Source of the DNA: Camelus ferus
Lineage: Eukaryota
Direction: 5' to 3'
Assembly (NCBI RefSeq): GCF_009834535.1
Contig: NC_045717.1
Span: 26,660,001 to 26,724,000, forward strand
Length of the DNA: 64,000 nucleotides
Shown here piece by piece: positions 1 through 13,659 of the stretch; within the stretch, counting starts at the first letter, position 1, and each line of letters opens with the position of its first letter. The notes beneath the pieces are model-generated. The model saw only the letters and a list, made by a program, of their open reading frames with translations. It was not told the DNA's origin and searched no databases. The translations under genes were made by a program, and so were the position numbers.

Positions 1-339
1 ACCCCCACCCCAGGGAAGATGCTGCTCCAGCCGCCATTTTCCCACCAGGCCATTTGTGAGGGGAACTTGGCCACTGCCAACACCTGCGGGCGATCTGGCC
101 TGTAGAGGTCTAGCCAAAGCCCAAGAGGCCCAGTCAGGCAGAGCCCCAGCCCGGCGGGCACCGCTGGCCTCCCGGGCGGCAGGCGCCCTGCGTGTGCAGT
201 GCCAGCTCTGGACCTCGATGGCCCCTCTGCACCACAGGCAGCAGGGACCCACCTGGGCCCAAGAAGGGGGTGGGGGAGGAGTGGCCAGGCCGGCAGCGGG
301 GCAAGCTGTGTCCCTGGAGGCCCTGGGAGGGCCAGAGCC

Positions 340-720
340 GGGCTGCACACACAGACACACGTGTGCGCGCCATGCAGACACTCTAAAGACATGTGTATCC
401 CACATATGGACATACGTTCTCCCCAGGTGCAAATCTGCACACGCAGACACACACGTACTCCCCAGACACCACGCACACGCCACACACAGAACTCCTGCAG
501 ACGTGCACGCACTCTGCACACGCGTGGACTCCAGACACAATCATGCAGACACGTGTGCAGACGCCCAGGGCCAGGGCTGCCAGGCACGCGCAGGCGAGTG
601 AACATCGGTGTGGCCGGGTGATGCGTGTGCCCCAGGACCCCTGCAAATCATGGGCGAGAGTGCACAGCAATGCACAGTGACGGGGCAGACACCCCCGTAC
701 CCCCCACATACACAGAAGTA
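340..720. repeat. Degenerate (CA/TG)-rich alternating purine-pyrimidine low-complexity tract in EFNA2 intron 1
   Basis: Dense cacaca/gcacac/gtgtgc motifs seen directly; the tract explains the spurious His/Thr-rich ORFs here. Confidence 0.7.
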
Positions 721-2768
721 CACACAGCCCCGCACTCGGCCGGCCAGGACCCCCAGCCCAGTCCAGCCTAGCTGCAGCCAGGCCCAGAGATGCCCGGCAG
801 CCAGCCCAGGAGTGCCCGCCCAGGCAAGGACAGACAGCTGGACAGCCGGGCAGTGTGGGTGCCAGGCTGGGTGGCTGGACCAGGCTCCACCCTTCGGGGG
901 TGGCGGAGTGGGTGCGGGGCTCCCTCGCGACGTCGGCCAGCCGCGTGTGCGCAGGAGAAGCACTGCACAGCAGGAGAATGCAATTTGGGAAACACAGCCA
1001 CATACTTATTACCTCGGCGCAGGTACCAAGCCTGGCCGGGTGAGGGTGGCCCACCACAGCACCGCCTGTGCCTGGGGGCCCCCCACCTGAGCACACACAG
1101 CCCTCCAGCTCCTGCACTGCCCAGGCGGTCCCGACCCTGGCCGGCCCAGCCCCGGCGCCGGCCCCTTCCCAACTGTGCCCTTTGTGTGCGCTCCTTGCTC
1201 AGGCTCGGCCCTGTCCCTGCATTTTCCATGTTCTCCTCCGTCTCCTCCGCCTCTCCTCTGTCTCTCCCCAGACGGGCCCGTCCATCTCTCTTGTCTCAGC
1301 CTGTGGGACTGCCTCACACCTCAGGCCTGCGTGTCGCTTCTGCTCCTCTCTCCCCAGCAGCAGCCAGGGACCAGGCGCCCTTAGCAAATCTCCACTCCGG
1401 GTGCCCTCGGACTCTGAGCCCAGACACCACCTCTTCTCCCACGCCCGACGCACACTCTGTCACCGGACGCAGGTTCTGGTCTAGACACCTCTGGATACCA
1501 AACCTCCTGATGGATCCCTGGGCCACCGAGGCCACCCCCTTTGGCAGAGCCCCATAACTTCAGTGGTGAATGAAGCCCCGATTCTGGACCCAACCCGGCT
1601 CCCTGGGGTGAGGTCCTCCCCTGGGTCTCAGGCCGCATCACAAGAAGTCGGGGAGGTCACCTCCCACCTAGGATGCCTCAGGCAGGAGGCAGGGGAGAAG
1701 GAAGCCCTGACTCCCAGGGTCTGCGCTGGACCAGCAAGGCCATCCCCTAGGGCAGCTGGTCAGAGCGGGGCTGTCGGGTCAGCAACAGGAGGCGGCCAAG
1801 CAGCCAGCCAGGGCCGGGCACTGGGGGCTGCCTCCTTCCCTGGCCAGCATCATGCCTGCAGCCGAGTGGCAGGTGGGGCAGCGGGCAGCCCCAGTGACCC
1901 CCTTCCGTCCCCATTCAAGGCTTCTCTCATGTTTGGCGTTTGGTAGAACAAAGGACAGGCCATAGGCTGGGACGGAGATTCCGGAGCTGAAACCAAAAAC
2001 TTGGGCCGGGGAAGCACTGCCCGCTGGGCGCCCTGCTCGGCCGCAGGGAAGAGCCTTAATCAAACCCACATGTGACCAGCAGGGCGGACGGCGCGGGGGA
2101 CCCGCTCCGTGGTGGCCAGTCGCCCTTCCTTCGCCCCGGGGTCTCTGCCCTGGGCTCCAGGACCCGACCCCACAGCCCCGCAACGGAGAGGGATGTCTTG
2201 GTGCACACTCCCTGCCCCCACTAGGGACACTGAGTGCCCTTGTCCCAGAGCCTGCCTCAAAGACGGCCCTTTATGCAACTTTCCACCGGAGGATCGAGGA
2301 CTGCAGGGGACAGTGAGGGGACGGCGGAGAACAGAGGGCTCTGGAGGGCGATTCAGCTGGCGCTTGAAAACGGAGAGAAAGTGACCGGTGGCAGAGGGGC
2401 AGGGAACAGGGAGGCCGGTGTCTCTACCCCTCATGTGCAGCCCTGCCGGCCTCGATGAGACCCTGACCCTGACTGCGGGGCTGACCAGGAGCCACAGGAC
2501 CCTGGAGCCCTATCTCCCATGGGACCCCCAGCCCACTCCAGCCTTCCAGACCCCAGATGGCCCAGAGCTTCCGCTGATGTCCAGGACGTGGTCAGTCACC
2601 AGCAAACTTTTCTCGCTCGACTAATGGGGGCATCTGCTGCTCCCCAGATCACACTCCATGCCTGACACTGAGGAGGCCTGCAGGCAGGCGGGTGGGGCAC
2701 CTCGGCCGGGCGTGGCAGGCTGGGCACAAGGCCACCTGGGTCCCTGCCCCAGCTCTCCTCCCCTCGCC

Positions 2769-2820
2769 ATGACCTTGAGCCAGCTGCTCAGCCCCTCTGA
2801 GCCTCAGTTTCCTCATCTGC
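2769..2820 (+). mobile_element. MIR SINE core fragment
   Basis: tgaccttgagc...tctgagcctcagtttcctcatctg matches the MIR core as I recall it. Confidence 0.7.
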
Positions 2821-3457
2821 GCCAGGAGGGCAAGAGAGGGTACCACCTGATCAAGACTCCCGGGACTGACCCCCAGCCTCCTCGGTACCTCAGTCTCCCC
2901 TTCACTACAAAGCAGGAACCAGGGACCCCCTGGAGTGAACGTGGAGGCCAGTCTGTAGGGAGGGACATTCCAACTTCCCCAAGTTCATCTGGGGACCTAC
3001 GGGGAGAACGCTCCCGTGGACCCCTGCCTGGCAGTACCACGGTCCCCCACCTCCAGGCGCAGCTCAGTAATAAGGTTCTGGGAAATCCCTACCAACTCTA
3101 AAGCCAGCAGGGATCCCTGGAGAGGCTCGAGGATGGGGTCCCCCAATTCCAGGCTGCACGACTTCTGAGGGTGCCAGATGGGATCCCCAAACTCTGGGGC
3201 CGGCAGAGCTCTGGGGCGTGCAGGGCGCAGAGTCTCCCAAATCGCAGGCAGCGGGGTGCCCTGGGGGGAGATACGCGCGGAGCGCGACTCTCCCAAACTC
3301 CGGGGGCCGGAACTCCCTGGGGGCTCCCGTGGGCAGCGGGCGCCCCCAGTCCGGGGGCTGCGCGTAGGAGCGCCTGGAGCTCGGGGCGGGAGGCCAGGCT
3401 GGGGTGGGGGCGTCCGGGGTCTCCCGACGCCCAGTCCCCACCCGTGGCCACGCTCAC

Positions 3458-3648
3458 CTGGNNNNNNNNNNNNNNNNNNNNNNNNNNNNNNNNNNNNNNN
3501 NNNNNNNNNNNNNNNNNNNNNNNNNNNNNNNNNNNNNNNNNNNNNNNNNNNNNNNNNNNNNNNNNNNNNNNNNNNNNNNNNNNNNNNNNNNNNNNNNNNN
3601 NNNNNNNNNNNNNNNNNNNNNNNNNNNNNNNNNNNNNNNNNNNNNNNN
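3458..3648 (-). CDS. EFNA2: Ephrin-A2 exon 1; coding part largely hidden in the N gap, remaining exons lie before base 1
   Basis: Donor CCAG|GTGAG at 3458/3457 fits the ...NPR phase-2 exon end. The minus-strand sequence 3720-3649 (GCTCGGCGGCGGCAGAGGAGGCGGAGACGGCTGGCAGG) resembles the EFNA2 5'UTR as recalled. Gap size fits the remaining UTR plus about 136 coding nt. Syntenic next to FAM174C. Confidence 0.8.
3462..3648. other. Assembly gap (187 N)
   Basis: Run of N. Confidence 1.
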
Positions 3649-6600
3649 CCTGCCAGCCGTCTCCGCCTCCTCTGCCGCCGCCGAGCGGGCGGGCGCAGGG
3701 CGGGCGGGAGGAGGGCGCGCCGGCGCTTGGAGATCCCCGGCCGCCCCCGCCTGGGCGCGCGCGACCTCGGGCGCCGAGAAGTCAGGCGGCGGCGGGCTGG
3801 GCGCCGGGGTGGCCCCGGGCGCCGGCCCGGCGGCGCAGACTCTGAGAGCGCGGGCCGTCGCCGCCGCACCGGCCGGGGAGGAGCCGGGGCTCCGGCCTTT
3901 GTCCCGCCCGAGCGCCGGGAGGGCCGCGGGCGCCCCCTCCTGCCGTGCCCCGGCCACGCGGGGGCTGGGCGGGGGGCTCCAGCCCCAGCCGCGTTTCCAC
4001 CGCCCCACCCCCGCCCCTGCCCAAGAGTCACGGACGCATCCCGGGGGTCAGGGTGCCCGTGTCCCCAGGGTCCTGCCCCAGGCACCCCAACTCTGCAGAG
4101 CCCCGCGTCCACCCCCGCCATCACACGGGCTCGGCCCAGGGTCGCTGAGTTCCTCTCAGTCACCTTCATTCTAGCCACCAAGCCAATCTGCAGAGCCTGG
4201 CCCCACGGGAGGAGCAGCAGGCATAGAGATAGCTCACCCCTAGCTTGCCTCGCTTATTCAAACCCAGACCCCCAAATCCTAGGCCAGGCGGCGCCAACTC
4301 CGTGCCACCCTATCCAGCCTGATGGAGACTTTGCAGTCCAGTCGACCCAAGTCCAAAACCTGCTGCCTCCAGTGAGGACCTCAGGGCACTGGCCTCTCTG
4401 AGCCTCTGATTCCTCCTCTGGTCCCTAAGGGTGCCTGGCAGTGAGCAGGCTCCTGTACTCCTGGCAGCCCAGAGGGGTGTCCAGGCCCGCAGCACATGGG
4501 AGCGCAGGGAGCCTGACGGGGGCAGAGGACAGGAAGGATGCTGAGGGGAGGGCCCAGGTCCACCCAAGGGCCAGAGCCCCTGACTGGTTGAGGGGACTCA
4601 GAGCGGTCACTCCTGGGGCAGGGGTGGCGCGGCCTGTGGGCAAGGACCTGGAGCCTGTCCTTCATTCCTGTCTTTATTCACGCCCTAGTCTCCCCGACCA
4701 GACTCTGAGTTGGTGGAGGTACGCTGTCACCAAGTGCTGGCTGCAAAAGGGCAGTAGTGCCAGCCAGACTCCACCTCTCTGGGTTTGTGTCCCTCTCCCA
4801 GGCCTGGCGCAGGGTCTGGGGGCCAAGAGCTGGAAGGTCCCAGGGTGAGGGATCACCAGAACTCCTTGCAGGAACCTAGAGAGGCCAGAGACTGACAAAT
4901 CAAGCTTTGCCCCAGCCAGGCAGGGATGGCAGACGGACCCATCCCAGCCACATAGCGCCGCTACCTCCGCTGTGAGCGTGTGTCGCCTGTTCCGAGCTTC
5001 TTCCTCCCCACACTTCCCCGCCTTTGCTTGGGCTGCACCCTGCCTGGGAGCCCTTCCCCTTCTCTTCCCAGTCAAGTTCTCCTCCTTCAAGGCATGGCCT
5101 CCCTGTGCCTCTGCCACCCCTCCCAAGGCTTGCTGTCCTCTGCCCTCCAAGGGACTCAGCACATCTGCTTTGGGTGCCTGGCTTCTGGGTCTTGTCCTCT
5201 GACCTCAGGCGCCCAAATTTGAAGTCCCAGGGCTGTCCCAGGAGGCCCACAGAGGGCCAAAACTGGCCCAGGGTCACCCAGGCCTTCTAACAGAAAGCTG
5301 CTGAAGTGAAGGCTCGGGGTCCAGCAACACAGGCCAGGCTCGGCCCCGGCTGGCTGGCTGGCTCTTTGGGGAGAGATGGGGAGGCTACTCCTGGACTGGT
5401 GTCCTCCAAGCAGAGGCGTGGGATTCAAGCGTGGGAAGAGGGGCTGAGAGCCCCAGGAGCCAGGCCTGGCCCAGCCTGGTGTCCTGACCCACAAAGGGGG
5501 TCTCCTGCTATCTCTCTGCCCTCAGACACCCTCCCACGTCATGGGACCTCACAGGTGGGTGGGGGCCTCCTCTGCCACACCTGGCAGGACTGAGACTTGG
5601 GCAGGTAGGGAGCCAGAAGGGCATATGGGGCAAGTGGAGGCCCCAGCAAAGGCCTGGATGGGTCGGCTCATTTGCATGCAGGGGCCACCGAGGCGAGAGC
5701 CGCTGCCGCTGCGCGGATTTGAGCAGAAGCTCCGTTTTCCTTCTGTTCTTGTCTCTCTCTCAAGGTCAGAGCCGGAGCAGGGACAGGAACAAAGGCACAC
5801 GTCCCCCATTCAACCTCCCTGCGCCCGCCGGCCGCTCCCAGAGGAGGGGTCCCTGGGAGGGGAGGGCAGGTTGGCAACGCGGCCTGGCCCAGGGCATGGC
5901 GGGAGTGGGGATGTAGGACCAGCTGCCCAGCTGCCCTTGGGGACCCCCTCCCGGTGGGGCGGCTGGGGAGCCCTAGAGTCTCTGTCCCTTCGCAGAACTG
6001 GCTGTCCCGGCTTCCAGGCTCGGCCAGCAAAGGGTCAGCTGAGGTCAGGGGTCTTTCTGGCATAAGCTTCTACTGGAGTCAGGGGTCAAAGGTCAGGTTT
6101 ACTTTGGGGACAGGGGTCAGTCTTGGTTTCAAGGTTCACTCAGGGTCAACTGTCAGTCCCAGGCCCAGACCCAGGACAGGGTCTCTGGTGGGGGTCTGTC
6201 CTCGTCCACCATGGTCTGCATTCCTGGGCTCAAGGGTCTGCCCCAGACTTGAGGACCTGCCCAGCACCCCTGGCCTAGTACCTACGGCCTCCTGCCCACT
6301 GACTGCTGACCCAGCACCCAGAACCCCATGCCCGCCAACCCCCATCACCAATCACCCGCTGCCGGCCGCACCAGCCCACAAAGTGAACCCCCAGGGCTGG
6401 GAATAATCGTCTAGCACCCCTCAACCTTCAAAGGCCATAGCACCTTGGAGGAAGCTAAAAATATGCTGGGAGAAATTTCTCATATGACAGAAAAAACTGG
6501 ACCAAACCCACAGTCTGCTGTGGCTCCAGCCTTCCTCAGGAGGCAGGCAGGGGTCGCCAGGGCAGGCACGGGGCCTTGGCGGGTCTGGGGCTGCACGGAG

Positions 6601-7050
6601 CCCGGTCAGAGTGCGGCCTGGGGCGAGTCCCCACCAGGAGTGGGGAGCATCTGCAGTAGCCTGGCTGGCACCTGGGGGGGATCTCAAGGAGAGACACCCA
6701 GGCCGTCACTGAGAATAAACAAATGGGTCCCTCTCTTAATGATAAATTAAAATTCTCACTCTTGTATTCAGGGTCCAGTGTCCAGTCAGGCCCTGTAACC
6801 TCAGCCCGGACCTAAGATTCCTGCTACTTCCACTGCCAGGCCGGCGCTAGGCCAACCAGGTGCCGTCCCTGAAATTTCCCTTCCCTCCTCCCAGTCCTTC
6901 TCCACATCTCCTGCATTCTTCCTCCTCCCCAGCCTCCTCCCTTCTTCCTTCCCACCCTCCCTCCTCCATCCTCACTTTCCAAGCTCCCAGCCCCAGGGCC
7001 TGGACACGGACCCCTCCTCCCATGGCGACCTGCCAGCCTAGGATCTAGAC

Positions 7051-7280
7051 CACTACTGTCCAAAAGAGCTTCCTGAGAGGATGGAAACATTCCCCATCCA
7101 CACTGTCCCACACGGGCACCAGCACCAGCTCCACGTGGCTACTGAGCATGTAAAACGGGGCCAGTGCAACCAGGAACTGGGTTTAGATTTCACTTATCTT
7201 TAGTTAATGTAAAGGTAAATAGCTAGTCACGGTCACCATGCTGGGTGGCACTGGTCACGGTCACTGCACTGGGCAACACA
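7051..7280. mobile_element. MER3-like hAT-Charlie DNA transposon fossil
   Basis: ctactgtccaaaagagcttcctgagaggatggaaacattcc...cacgtggctactgagcatgtaaaacggggccagtgcaaccaggaactg matches the recalled MER3 consensus. Confidence 0.75.
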
Positions 7281-8529
7281 GTTCTGGGAGCTACTTGGAG
7301 CCACGTCTGGGGGTGCTGCTGGACAGCCACGCTGGTCTAGGACCAAGATGTTGAGGGCTATGTGGAAGGAGGTGGTGACTCAGACTGCTCAGAGAGGATG
7401 AGATGGGGTGCCGGGGGACTGAGTCCTCAGCAGGGACGGGGGAGTCAGGGGGCGGATCCTGGGGACCCCAGGGAGGGCACAGCTCCCTAGCTTGCTGATA
7501 CCAGGTGAGGAGGAGGTGGTCCTGCTGGGTGCTGGGGCCACATCTGAGACTACATTAGAGCCGGCAGACGGAGCCTGGCAGCTCCACAGAAGACACTTCA
7601 CCTTGGCCACTGCCACCAGCCCGAAGTAGCCCCCCACGAGTTGCCCCCTTAGGGAGCCCAAGGAGTCCAGCTCATCCGTCCCCACCTGGCCCCATTCCCC
7701 AGAAGAACTGAGGTTGGGGACGGGATCCTGTCTGAACCACACAGCAAGCCACCCAGGAGCCAGCCTGTCACCATCCCCCCACCCCGGTCTGGTTTGCTGA
7801 GCACCCCGTGGGCTTTCCCGGGTGGGGCGGGGAACAGAGGTGGTGGGAAGCGCCTTGAGGGCCCAGGGCTGTGGGTCCGCGCACCCCTACCCTGCACAGG
7901 CTTGGGACCCGCGGCAGGCATGTTTGCGTCAGCCTGTGTGTCCTCTGTCCATCCCGCCTGTGATGGCTTGTGTCGCGTCCTTGCTACCGGGTCTTGTGCC
8001 TGTGCCCATATGTGAGCGCGTGAGGTGGAGGAAGGTGCTGGTAACCCCTGCCGGGCTCGCAAGCACACGCACACGTACACGAACACGTGGCCCTCGAGCC
8101 AGTCGGGACCCGGGGCCTTTCATCTCGTGCTGACAGGCCCCTCTCCCGGCTTTTAGCCGCGGAGAACTTCCTGCTAATAGTGCATTAACCTTGGCGGGGG
8201 CTGCCAATTACCCGACACTAATGCCGGGGGTGCGGGTGAGCGCGCTGACGGCCGCTGACAGGCGCAGGGGCCGGGAAGCGGGCGGGGCGCCCCTCCCCAC
8301 CCGCGGGGGGCGGGCAGGAGGCGCCAGGCTGCAGGGGCACGCAGTGCGTTCCTGGCTCCGGATGGCAGAGCGCAGGGTCTCTCCTGACCTCATTAGAGTA
8401 ATTAATGTGCCTTTTGAAGCTCGAGAAATCGCTCAGAGCTGTGGGAAAGGGGCGCAGATCACAGGGTGGGGGGACGGTGGACAGTGTCTGCACGCCTGTT
8501 GAAAAGCGTGTCCCAGTGGGGCAGACGCG

Positions 8530-8700
8530 GAGAGACGAAGTGACAGAGAGGGACAGACAGAAACAGGAGACTGAAAGAGGCAGTGCAGATGGAGAGAGAC
8601 ACAGAGGCAAGGAGGGCTTCAGAGTCAGATAAAGACAGAGACACGCTGAGAGAGACCCACAGAGGAACAGATGGGGAGAGAGCACCAGAGCCTGAAGGGC
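8530..8700. repeat. GA-rich low-complexity tract
   Basis: gagaga/gacaga motifs seen directly. Confidence 0.6.
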
Positions 8701-9499
8701 GGGGGGATGAAGTCTTGGGGCCTCTCAGGGGCTCTGGCCTTACTTCCTCAAACTTCCGAGGACCTGCTGGCTGGCCTTTCAGTGCAGGACCCTCCCAAAG
8801 AACCAGGGTCAGGGAAGGAGCATCAGGGAGGACTTCTTAGAGGTGGCAGCTGGGCACCAGTAAGGGGGGAGGAAGTACATGCAGACTTGGAGCGGGATGG
8901 TGCTGGGGTTGCCAATAGAGATGCCCAAGGAAGCTGACCAGAGACCAGCGCAGAGGACCCCGGCTGGAGAGAGGGGTGACCAGCTGACCGTGATGGAGAC
9001 AGCTCCTCTGCACCCTGGTGGCAGGGAGGGATTGAGGACTGGGCTGTGCAGGGAGGGTCAGCAGGACTCCAAGGTAGACGGCCCCGGAGGGCTGATAGAC
9101 CTTGAGTGGGCGGCAGGCTGGGATCATCCACGGTGGTCATGAGGACAAGGTGGGGCTCAGAACTTCTTAAAAATGGGGTTCCAGCTGGACCTATTTCCTC
9201 ACCTGTGCAATGATTTAGCTCAGGCCACACCTGGGACCACAGGCCAGCAGGATAGAGGCCAGGTGGCACAAGGCTGCCACCTGGTGGCAGCTCCTAGTAA
9301 CAGCTCCTCCTACTTACAGGCTCTTGGTGGCTCCAGCCAGTGGCCTGGTGTAGACCTCAAGCTGTGGGCAGCCAGTGCCAGCCCCTCCTCTCCTATTTTC
9401 CAGGATCAAACTTACAGCGGGTGGGAGTGGAGAGGAAAAGGCCAGAGCTGGACTCTGCCTGAGAGACAAGGCCTGCAGAACTCATCAAGCAAACCCCTT

Positions 9500-9785
9500 A
9501 AGAGGGATGGGGACGAGGTGGCCTGGATGGAAGCTGAGGTATCCTGATGAGACTCAGGGACCCGGGATGGGGAGTCAGGTACCCTAATGAGGGTCAGGTG
9601 CCAGGGATGGAGCTCAGGTGCTCAGGATGGGGACTGGGTGCCTGCGATGAGTGTTGGGTTGCCCCAATGGGATTCAGGTGCCTGAATGGGGTTCAAGTGC
9701 TTGGGATGGATTTCAGGTGGCCAGGACGGAGACCTGAGCACCAGTACAGGTCTCAGGTGCCCTGGATGGGGGATCAGGTTCATCA
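9500..9785. repeat. Degenerate minisatellite with ~20-bp period (consensus about CAGGTGCCYGGATGGGRKT)
   Basis: Recurrent caggtg/ggatggg units; CAGGTG starts at 9595, 9615, 9675, 9714 and 9754. Confidence 0.7.
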
Positions 9786-10278
9786 GTGATTCCACAGGAG
9801 GCTGAAAGGGGAGAGACAGGGTCAGCACAGGGGCTCTCAGTCTGCAGGCAGCTCCAGATGTGTGCACTACAGCCTGAGGCTCCTTGGGAAACGCCCCCTC
9901 AGCTGTAGTGTGCGTGGTAAGGCAGGGATCCCAGAGGGCACGGCCCCTGACAGCCCCCAGGCTGCAGGAAGCATGGAGTGGGTGGCCCTTGAGCAGGGGC
10001 TTTGATGGATGAAGAGTTGTTCTCTCTAGGCCCAGAGGCAATGACTGGCAAGGCCTTTTTCCAGGTAAGTGGGTGTAGGTCTCCCCCATCTCTCCATCCA
10101 CTTCCCGGGATTCCTCACCGGACCCTCTGGACATCTGGGCATGGGGCCAGGTGGTCACAGGTGAGACAAATGAGGCCCACAGAGAGCCCATGTCTGTTGC
10201 CCACCCCTCGCCTGGGAGTCAGGACACTGGATCTGGCCCACTGCGGAGTGGGGTACCAGCTACAGAAGCACTGCCGCC

Positions 10279-10284
10279 TTTATT
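10279..10284 (-). terminator. FAM174C: FAM174C poly(A) signal AATAAA
   Basis: tttatt on plus strand, about 340 nt into exon 3. Confidence 0.75.
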
Positions 10285-10618
10285 GTCCCCAGCCGGGGGT
10301 GAGGTGCTCCCAGGGCTACCAGGCCTCAGCTTGGGGCTGCCAGGTCCCCAGTGGAAAGGGCAATCGGCAACAGTCACAATCTGGCCCGGCGATCTCAAGA
10401 GTCCAGGGTGGGGCTGCCAGGGCCCCTCTGGCTTCCACCCGGGATCCTGGGCGGTCTCATCTTGTTGGAGGGCCAAAGCAGCTTCGGGAGGGCCGGGCAG
10501 GTCCCACACAAGCTCTCTGGGCCGGCAGAAGCGGTGGGGTGTTCCCAGCACTGCGAGCAGGCCCTGTCTCTTATCCTTCCCCCGGGGCCACTGGAAATGC
10601 CGCTTCCTGACCTGAGTA

Positions 10619-13250
<2,632 letters not shown>

Positions 13251-13659
13251 CTCCCTGAGGGCCATCTCATGGCCCTGCTAGGACTGGAGGTAATGGGCCC
13301 AGAGCTCAGCCCCACGCTGTGCACCCCAAGACCAGGACAGGAGGCGACGAACCTGGGAAGCAAGGTCGGCTCCGTAGGCGGCAAAGAGGAAGGTGCCGGG
13401 GGATCACTCGGCCAAGAGCTCGACCTGGACCCTGGGAGAGACATGTGCTCAACTCGGATGGGGGGGGGTTCTGGGGACCACCTCTTCCTCAGCTCAGGCT
13501 GACCATGTCCCTCAGACCCCCCAAGGGGACAATGAAGTGACCACGTGGTCTTCCTGGTTTGGATCCAGCTCAAGCCCTGAAGAGCCTTTCTCCAGGGATT
13601 CTTCCCCCTGCCCCCCTCCCCCCGCCTCCACAGCCTCACCCTACACCAGACTCAAGAAT

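Larger units (their letters stand above)
3160..4140. promoter_or_regulatory. EFNA2: CpG island spanning the EFNA2 promoter and exon 1
   Basis: Very high CG density and GC boxes around exon 1. Confidence 0.75.

Noticed and set aside
56-680. His/Thr-rich ORFs
   Set aside because: Translation artefacts of the CA-rich low-complexity tract.
2997-4401. Long overlapping Arg/Gly/Pro-rich ORFs (394 and 407 aa) at the EFNA2 promoter
   Set aside because: They run through Ns and a CpG island where stop codons are rare, have no recognisable domain, and do not respect the exon 1 donor.
5670-5677. Single octamer ATTTGCAT upstream of EFNA2
   Set aside because: An isolated 8-mer is expected by chance in 64 kb.
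9500-9785. Repeat array considered as CRISPR-like
   Set aside because: Eukaryotic context, degenerate contiguous units, no unique spacers, no cas genes.
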